Of a stretch of 64,000 nt of DNA, positions 58,146 through 64,000 are shown in pieces (position 1 is the stretch's first letter; the number at the start of each line of letters is the position of its first letter). Below the pieces are notes generated by a model, which saw only the letters and a list, made by a program, of their open reading frames with translations, ran no database searches and was not told the origin of the DNA. A program made the position numbers and the translations under genes. The DNA is from Candidatus Iainarchaeum sp. (GTDB lineage Archaea; Iainarchaeota; Iainarchaeia; Iainarchaeales; GCA-2688035). The stretch covers positions 25,929 through 89,928 of the forward strand of contig NZBU01000009.1 in assembly GCA_002688035.1 (NCBI GenBank), in the 5' to 3' direction.

Positions 58146-58271
58146 AATACTTTTATGTTCTCAAGATTTAAGATTCTTCCTCAAAATGCGTTATGTAGAA
58201 GTCTAATCCCTATTTGTGCGCTTTTCGCCCAAAAGGGCAAGTTTTATATATGGGATTCGCCCCAATTTTCT

Positions 58272-58345
58272 TAACAGGTTCTTTTGTGAGCCTGTCAGGG
58301 TGCGTTTCTGCTTGGTCTTCTCGACTCGGGAATGCATCCGTCCTT
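58272..58345 (+). ncRNA. Candidate small structured RNA (two hairpins)
   Basis: TATA at 58242-58250, 8-bp and 13-bp stems with G-U pairs, followed by a T-tract. Confidence 0.45.
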
Positions 58346-58420
58346 CTTATCTTTTTTCTCCAATCCAAACAACCTCAACATTTAAATACAAGTGCGGGAT
58401 TATTATATTGGTTTTTGCTT

Positions 58421-59179
58421 ATGGTTCGCACTAAGACTGGTATCCAGGGCCTTGACAAAGCTCTTATGGGTGGAATCCCTGAGGGTAACATTGTTTTACT
58501 TAGTGGTGGAGCCGGAACAGGTAAGTCAACTCTTGCAATGCAGTTCTTGATGAACGGCGCTTCTCTTTTTGGCGAGCGCGGTCTCTATATTAGTACTGAA
58601 CAAGACCGCGATGAACTAATGAAAGCAGCCAACAATTTCGGCTGGAAGCTTGATGACCTCGAGAGCAAGAATCTCGTCAAAATCGCTTACTTTGACATTA
58701 CTGAGGGAAATGACTTCCTCAACAGGGTCGATACCCTTGTCCAGAACTTTAAACCAAAGCGAATAGTAATTGACAGCATGACAACTCTCACAGATTCCCT
58801 GATGATTTCCGGCATAGGCAAAAAAGATGCCTTTTCCATGGTTCAAATACAGGAAACAGTTTCCCCTATTCCCCGAACCGAAAAGGTTGTCGCAAAAAGC
58901 ATCCTCTACAATCTCATCAAAAAACTGAAGCACTACAAGGTTACAACACTTCTTACGAGTGAACTTCCCGAGGAACACAAAGCACTGAGTGCAGATGGGA
59001 TAAGCGAGTTTATTACAGATGGTGTGATTGTATTACACTATTTGGGGATAGGGTCGGCTAATTTTAGAAACCTTCAAATTAGAAAAATGAGATATAGTAG
59101 TCATGAGAAAGATATAATTTCATATTCAATTGCCTCTAAGGGGATTGAAATCCAAGCGGAGGAGAGCTTGGAAATCTAA
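58421..59179 (+). CDS. KaiC/RAD55-like single-domain RecA-fold ATPase
   Basis: TGIQGLD, GGAGTGKST, STEQ, IVIDS, DGVIVL, IRKMR. Confidence 0.92.
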   Translation: MVRTKTGIQGLDKALMGGIPEGNIVLLSGGAGTGKSTLAMQFLMNGASLFGERGLYISTEQDRDELMKAANNFGWKLDDLESKNLVKIAYFDITEGNDFLNRVDTLVQNFKPKRIVIDSMTTLTDSLMISGIGKKDAFSMVQIQETVSPIPRTEKVVAKSILYNLIKKLKHYKVTTLLTSELPEEHKALSADGISEFITDGVIVLHYLGIGSANFRNLQIRKMRYSSHEKDIISYSIASKGIEIQAEESLEI

Positions 59180-59181
59180 TC

Positions 59182-59769
59182 TTGGGGGAAAGAATGTACA
59201 AGACTTTTGCCAATCTAATACTTCATAACCAGGTTTCTTTTGAAAAGGGTAAAATGAGTCTCTTGGGGCAACCTATTGCTATACTGCCTATCGAAGAGTA
59301 CTACTATATGCAGAGAATCTTGGAGAAAAAGGGGTTAGAGAATATTATTTATTATAGTGCGAAAGAGTCTGGCATTTTGTGGTTAGATAATATGATTCCT
59401 AAATTTAAAATGAAATTAAATGATGTAGTTAAATGGGGTATTGAAATCCTGTCCATTTCAGGGTGGGGAAATCTTAAATTGAAGTTAATCGATAAAACAA
59501 ATAATAAGATGATTTTTAACTTGAGCGAGGCAACAATTGCTAAGAAATACGGTACTCATTCTTCCTCTGTTGACCATTTGCTTAGAGGATATGTTGCAGC
59601 GGCGGGAACAAAGTTTCTAGGTATTGATGTGGATGCAATTGAGCATAAATGTGTGGCAAAAGGAGATTCTTATTGCCAATATATAATTAAACCGAAAAAA
59701 GACTTCGATCAGTCCAGCCCCATTGTCAAAATCCAATTAAAAAAAGATTTTGATACCGCTATTTATTAG
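59182..59769 (+). CDS. V4R domain protein (paralog of 55747..56313)
   Basis: SGWGN, DHLLRGYVA, EHKCVAKGDSYCQY. Confidence 0.85.
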   Translation: MGERMYKTFANLILHNQVSFEKGKMSLLGQPIAILPIEEYYYMQRILEKKGLENIIYYSAKESGILWLDNMIPKFKMKLNDVVKWGIEILSISGWGNLKLKLIDKTNNKMIFNLSEATIAKKYGTHSSSVDHLLRGYVAAAGTKFLGIDVDAIEHKCVAKGDSYCQYIIKPKKDFDQSSPIVKIQLKKDFDTAIY

Positions 59770-60603
59770 CCAAGGTAGCACATAAATCATCTCAATAGCT
59801 AGAAGAGATATCATCGCTTTTGTAACTATGCTTCCTTGAGTGATGACTTCTTTATCTTCGATTTTTTGGTTTTTCAATAGTAAAGGGATAGAAAGGGAGA
59901 CTATAGTTGGAACTAAGTAAATCTGCTCTATAAAACCAAAAAGAATTAATATCAATGTTATAATTAATAGTCCCTCCATGGCCACAATTATTGACCTAAA
60001 AGTGTTGGTTTTCCCAAAAGTATTTGCCCAACTTCGAATATTAAATTTCTTTTCTATCTCACTATCCTCAAACTCTTTTGTTGTAGCAATTATGCCTGTT
60101 AATATAGTAAATAAGATGAAGATTTCGAGAGGGAAGAGTCTTTTGTTAATTGTCCAGGCAGCAATAAAGGGAATCACTGAATAAAATATGGCGCCAAAGA
60201 GATTGGTCGAAAACAAATATTTCCTAAAATAAAAATAGGGGTGGGTGTATAACAAAGAACAAACTATAAAAAATATAATTAACCCGGCTAGATATATACT
60301 GTAGTTTAAAGCGATAAAAATTGAAATAACATAAAAAAATAAGGATGCAAATAAAACTGTATTTGGAGATATCTCTTGTTGCGGCAAAGGTCTATCTGGT
60401 TTACTAAGCTTGTCAATTGCCAAGTCAAAAAACATGTTCAATGAATTAAATCCCATTATTGAAAGCGACAAGGTAATTAGGGGAATTAGTAATGGGCCAA
60501 AATCGACGATTCCTTGATTGAGTAAGAGGTAAAACAAAATCATGTTAATTAAATTTAAAATAACAAATTCAGGACCAATTAGTGCCATCCACTTTTTTAT
60601 CAT
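59737..60603 (-). CDS. UbiA family prenyltransferase
   Basis: NMFFDLAIDKLSKPDRPLP, LYT.P, degenerate second motif KEFEDSEIE; multi-TM. Confidence 0.88.
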   Translation of the reverse strand: MIKKWMALIGPEFVILNLINMILFYLLLNQGIVDFGPLLIPLITLSLSIMGFNSLNMFFDLAIDKLSKPDRPLPQQEISPNTVLFASLFFYVISIFIALNYSIYLAGLIIFFIVCSLLYTHPYFYFRKYLFSTNLFGAIFYSVIPFIAAWTINKRLFPLEIFILFTILTGIIATTKEFEDSEIEKKFNIRSWANTFGKTNTFRSIIVAMEGLLIITLILILFGFIEQIYLVPTIVSLSIPLLLKNQKIEDKEVITQGSIVTKAMISLLAIEMIYVLPWLINSGIKIFF

Positions 60604-60608
60604 AAGGC

Positions 60609-61688
60609 TTACCTCAAATTTGTTACAATATTTCTAAATAAATCATTTATCAATCCTTTTCCTTCTATTTCTCGTCCATCAAGTTTTTTGAATATCCTAT
60701 CAAAGTCCGCATTTCTAGCAGTATCTAACATTTTCCTTATCTTCCTTTGACTTTCATATTCTTCACCTAATATGTTGTCCCATTCAACTTCATATTTTCG
60801 CATAGAAAATAGTTTTCCTTGCATATTTTCTTGAATTACTTTACTAGCCATTTCTGCTTCATCAATGCATTTGTGTATTGACCCTCCTAACATAGGTTCG
60901 CCTCCTGCAGCATCACCTATCACAATCCAATTCTTATTAGCTTTTTTGTCAATCATGCCGGTGGGAATAAAGCCACCATTAACTCGAATTATTTTTTTAT
61001 TTTTATACTTTTTTAAAATAGAAAGCGAGTAAAGACGTCTTCTAATTTCGCGATGGTCTCGAATATTCAATTCCTCTGCTCCAAAACCTAATTCTATTAT
61101 CTCGTCTCCTAAGGGAATTATCCACCCGTAAAAACCAGGGGCTAGTTCATTGTCTAGAATGGTGGTTATTTCATCTTTTGCTTTTATTTCAACCGCATAA
61201 CAAAAAACATTCTTAGGATGCGATATGCGCAATTTGTTCCTAAATTTTACTCCCAAAACGCCTGTAGCAAATATTAATACCTTAAATCCAATATCTTGGC
61301 CATTAGATAGTTTTACTGTGTGTTGTTCTAGATCAAAGTCTACCACATTCTGTTTTAATTTAATTTTGTTCTTTTCTTTTATTGAGTTGTAAAGATGCAT
61401 TTCTATTTCTCTAAGATTTACAACATATCCTCTCGTACTCTTGTCACTTTTTGAGATTATTAACCCCCCTGGGGAATAGAAGTTGATTTTTCGTATCGCT
61501 TTTATTAGGTTTTCTTTAGGTAAGGATAATTTTTCCAGGGTTTCTAAATTTATTATCCTGGGGCCATAGGTGCCAACTTCCATCCTTTTTTCTAGTGTAA
61601 CAAAATCTATTCCTTCCTTTTCAAGTGATCTAGACAAAGAAAGACCCGCGATTCCTGCGCCAATAATCACTACGTCGTGTTTTTTCAT
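60609..61688 (-). CDS. Geranylgeranyl reductase-like FAD oxidoreductase
   Basis: GAGIAG, PGFYGWIIP, GDAAG, GGSI. Confidence 0.85.
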   Translation of the reverse strand: MKKHDVVIIGAGIAGLSLSRSLEKEGIDFVTLEKRMEVGTYGPRIINLETLEKLSLPKENLIKAIRKINFYSPGGLIISKSDKSTRGYVVNLREIEMHLYNSIKEKNKIKLKQNVVDFDLEQHTVKLSNGQDIGFKVLIFATGVLGVKFRNKLRISHPKNVFCYAVEIKAKDEITTILDNELAPGFYGWIIPLGDEIIELGFGAEELNIRDHREIRRRLYSLSILKKYKNKKIIRVNGGFIPTGMIDKKANKNWIVIGDAAGGEPMLGGSIHKCIDEAEMASKVIQENMQGKLFSMRKYEVEWDNILGEEYESQRKIRKMLDTARNADFDRIFKKLDGREIEGKGLINDLFRNIVTNLR

Positions 61689-61753
61689 GCTATAATAAAA
61701 CATTAGCCTGATTTAAATAACTTTACTTGTTTCTTTTCTAACCCGAACAGACT

Positions 61754-61775
61754 AAATCAACCTTTTAGTTGATTT
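61754..61775. promoter_or_regulatory. Operator-like inverted repeat AAATCAAC-N6-GTTGATTT
   Basis: Perfect 8-bp arms in the divergent promoter, abutting the TATA box. Confidence 0.65.
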
Positions 61776-61807
61776 TTTAACCTTTTCTTTTCTATTAAAT
61801 ATATTAG

Positions 61808-62668
61808 ATGACTATTACTGTTCCAGAGTTGGGTGCGGGGAAGAAAGACTCTACCAAAGACCTAATTATTAGAGTCCTTAGTGAGTCGTGGCCTTTATCT
61901 GTAAAAGAGATTTATGTGCGAATAAGTCAGCATGGGAAAAATATTTCATATCAGGCTGTTCATAAAGTGTTAAACGAATTAGTTGAAGAAAAAATTTTGT
62001 CTCACTCTGGGAAAACTTTTCAGTTGAATTCTGAGTGGGTGAGGTCTTCGAAGAGTTTTTTTCACAATTTGGAAAAAAAGCTCTCTGGGAAAGCTTTGGA
62101 GGATCTAAAATATCTAAAGCCCCGGGAGTCCATTATTTTTAACTTCAATAATCTAACTAATTTTGCTCTTTTTATTGCACAAGCTTATGCTGATAAGGTT
62201 ATGATTACCGATGGGGACACAAAGGCAATAGGTATCTTCCATCATTTATTTTGGACGCCTCGCTTTAGATTTGAAGATATTTTGTTATCGAGGAAAGTAA
62301 TTGATAGCAGTCTTAGTGGGTATGTGTTAAGTGGGGGGAATTCTCCTTTTGATCAATGGGTAAAGAAACAATATTTGGCAGCAGGCTTTAATGGAGTAAA
62401 GCTTGGGGTAGATTTATCTGATTTTGAAGATGATCTATTTGTTCATGGGGACTTTGTTGCCCAAGTACACATTAGTGAAGAAGATAGAAAAAAGATTAAA
62501 GAATTGTATAATTCAGTTGGAACCGTATTAGACTTGTTCAAACTTTATATTACCAAGTTCGGAAAACCTGATACCATCAGAATCAAAGCAACGTTTTCTC
62601 GAAATCCAGTAATGGCTAAAATGGTGAGAAATCATGTTCTAAAGTTTTTTGAGGAGGATGTGAAATGA
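61808..62668 (+). CDS. wHTH plus putative sensor-domain regulator, paralog 1
   Basis: STKDLIIRVLSESWPLSVKEI...ISYQAVHKVLNELVE. Confidence 0.75.
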   Translation: MTITVPELGAGKKDSTKDLIIRVLSESWPLSVKEIYVRISQHGKNISYQAVHKVLNELVEEKILSHSGKTFQLNSEWVRSSKSFFHNLEKKLSGKALEDLKYLKPRESIIFNFNNLTNFALFIAQAYADKVMITDGDTKAIGIFHHLFWTPRFRFEDILLSRKVIDSSLSGYVLSGGNSPFDQWVKKQYLAAGFNGVKLGVDLSDFEDDLFVHGDFVAQVHISEEDRKKIKELYNSVGTVLDLFKLYITKFGKPDTIRIKATFSRNPVMAKMVRNHVLKFFEEDVK

Positions 62669-63492
62669 CTTCCCTTCCAACTCTCTTTCGTTTGAATGGT
62701 TCCTCTTCTACAAAAGAACAAATTATTTCGATTTTGTCCCATGAATTTCCTTTAAGCGCTAAGCAGATCTTTAATTATGTGTCAAAGAATTCTGGGGGTG
62801 TGAGCTATCAGGGTGTGCACAAAGCACTACAGGAGCTTGCGTTGGATAAAGTTGTGGAAAAGAGGGGCAGGGAATTCTTGCTTTCTTCTAATTGGATTAA
62901 TTCTCTTAATACTTTCTCCGGGCAGTTAAAGTACGTTTATAGCAATAACCTAAGTGAAACATTGGATAACAAGAATTTTGTGTTTAAGACAATTCATGAC
63001 TGCGACCGCTTTTTGATTGAATCTGTTGTAAAAATAGCTGGTTCTTTACCAACTACTGAGAAACCGCTTTTCGTGATGCATTGTAGGCATGCTTGGGTGC
63101 CCCTGTTCATCTCTAGAACTGAGTACAGAAATATGGTGGAATCATTAAAGTCTACAGATTGTTATGGGCTAGTGAAAAGTGAAGCCCCTATTGATAGGTG
63201 GTGCTGCAGCTTCTGGGAAAAGCAAGGCGTGAAAGTGCGTTTTGTCAGGGATATAGCAACACTTTCTGATGCATATGCATTAGGGGATTACGTTATTGAA
63301 GTATTCTACTCACCAGAAGTAAGACAAGAAATGGACAAAATTTACGACAAGACAAAACAGGTTTCTGATTTGAATATGGATGATTTATTCCACTCAGTAT
63401 TCGAAATGGAAACGGAAATCGCTGTTACCATTAACAAAAACAAGCTTATTGCAGATCAAATTCGAGAGCAGACGCTTGCTTATTTCAAGTGA
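62665..63492 (+). CDS. wHTH plus putative sensor-domain regulator, paralog 2
   Basis: STKEQIISILSHEFPLSAKQI...VSYQGVHKALQELAL; GAGGA RBS, ATGA overlap. Confidence 0.75.
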   Translation: MTSLPTLFRLNGSSSTKEQIISILSHEFPLSAKQIFNYVSKNSGGVSYQGVHKALQELALDKVVEKRGREFLLSSNWINSLNTFSGQLKYVYSNNLSETLDNKNFVFKTIHDCDRFLIESVVKIAGSLPTTEKPLFVMHCRHAWVPLFISRTEYRNMVESLKSTDCYGLVKSEAPIDRWCCSFWEKQGVKVRFVRDIATLSDAYALGDYVIEVFYSPEVRQEMDKIYDKTKQVSDLNMDDLFHSVFEMETEIAVTINKNKLIADQIREQTLAYFK

Positions 63493-63745
63493 ATCTAACG
63501 TTTTGTCCTTTCCTTAATCTTACGTTAAGCTTGTCTGCAAGCTGCCGCATAAAATATTCCTTTTCAGCCTGGCGCGTATAGTGTATGCTGATTACCCCGC
63601 AGAGGATTTCACACAACCCCTTTTTTGATAGCTTCCCATAATCTTCAATGTATTCTTCTCCTTTTCCATTCAATGCCGGAAACACATAGTCTTTGGAAGT
63701 CCCTGCAACAAACCTGTTCTCATGGCCTGGTCTTATATAACTCAT
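63485..63745 (-). CDS. Small hypothetical protein
   Basis: 86 aa with GAGGTGA RBS. Confidence 0.6.
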   Translation of the reverse strand: MSYIRPGHENRFVAGTSKDYVFPALNGKGEEYIEDYGKLSKKGLCEILCGVISIHYTRQAEKEYFMRQLADKLNVRLRKGQNVRFT

Positions 63746-63789
63746 TTTATCACCTCAAGTTGAATTATTTAACTAATAACTCACGCAAA

Positions 63790-64000
63790 TCACTTGCACT
63801 TCACAATCTCTTCCAGTGCAATTCCATCGCACCTGTAGAGGCAGCCTTCTTTTTCTATTAGACGGTTTTCTGTGAGCTCCTCGAGAACTAGACTGACGAA
63901 GCGCTCGTATGTCTTGGTTTCTTCGGATATTTCTTGTACAGTGAAGTATTCTCCTTTCTGTATCATGAACTCGAAGATGCGCAAGTGCTGTGGGGTTTTG
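63790..64000 (-). CDS. Small wHTH protein (frame open to window end)
   Basis: FTVQEISEETKTYERFVSLVLEELTENRLIEK. Confidence 0.6.
   Translation of the reverse strand, partial: KTPQHLRIFEFMIQKGEYFTVQEISEETKTYERFVSLVLEELTENRLIEKEGCLYRCDGIALEEIVKCK

Noticed and set aside
58214-58420. N-terminal extension of the KaiC-like ORF in the ORF track
   Set aside because: Homology starts at ATG 58421; the upstream part holds TATA boxes and hairpins
58421-59179. Circadian KaiABC clock
   Set aside because: Single RecA domain, and no KaiA or KaiB in the window

Overview
Chromosomal segment of an archaeon, most likely a DPANN lineage such as Iainarchaeota/Diapherotrites (inferred from gene content and style, not tested). 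It holds housekeeping clusters: aIF-2beta/DUF424/aIF-1A/RIO1/KH/Top6BA, MCM, MetRS, aIF-5A/agmatinase, NYN/DUF2226/MinD/Sm, and the rpl15e-Pop5-psmA-SBDS-exosome-rpl37ae-rpoP-Pcc1-prefoldin-DHH superoperon. It also has metabolic genes (ppsA partial, ino1 plus a CDP-alcohol transferase, hppA, acs, asd) and three tRNAs (Cys-GCA, Ala-GGC, Val-GAC). Main unusual observations: (1) a terminal, largely AT-rich region starting at a tRNA 3' fragment, with a KaiC-like ATPase, a V4R protein, a UbiA prenyltransferase, a GGR-like reductase and tandem wHTH-sensor regulators with a palindromic operator, a candidate lipophilic-signal system; (2) ThiI apparently split into a THUMP protein with a dead PP-loop and a separate catalytic-only protein; (3) the same promoter architecture (two ORB-like 12-mers at a 27-bp period, about 20 nt before TATA) upstream of mcm and of a free-standing LAGLIDADG gene; (4) a candidate two-hairpin ncRNA; (5) metX with three clustered in-frame stops; (6) an apparent ATT start codon; (7) a Kazal/Cys-repeat secreted protein and several basic orphan proteins. 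All calls come from reading motifs by eye; no searches were run.
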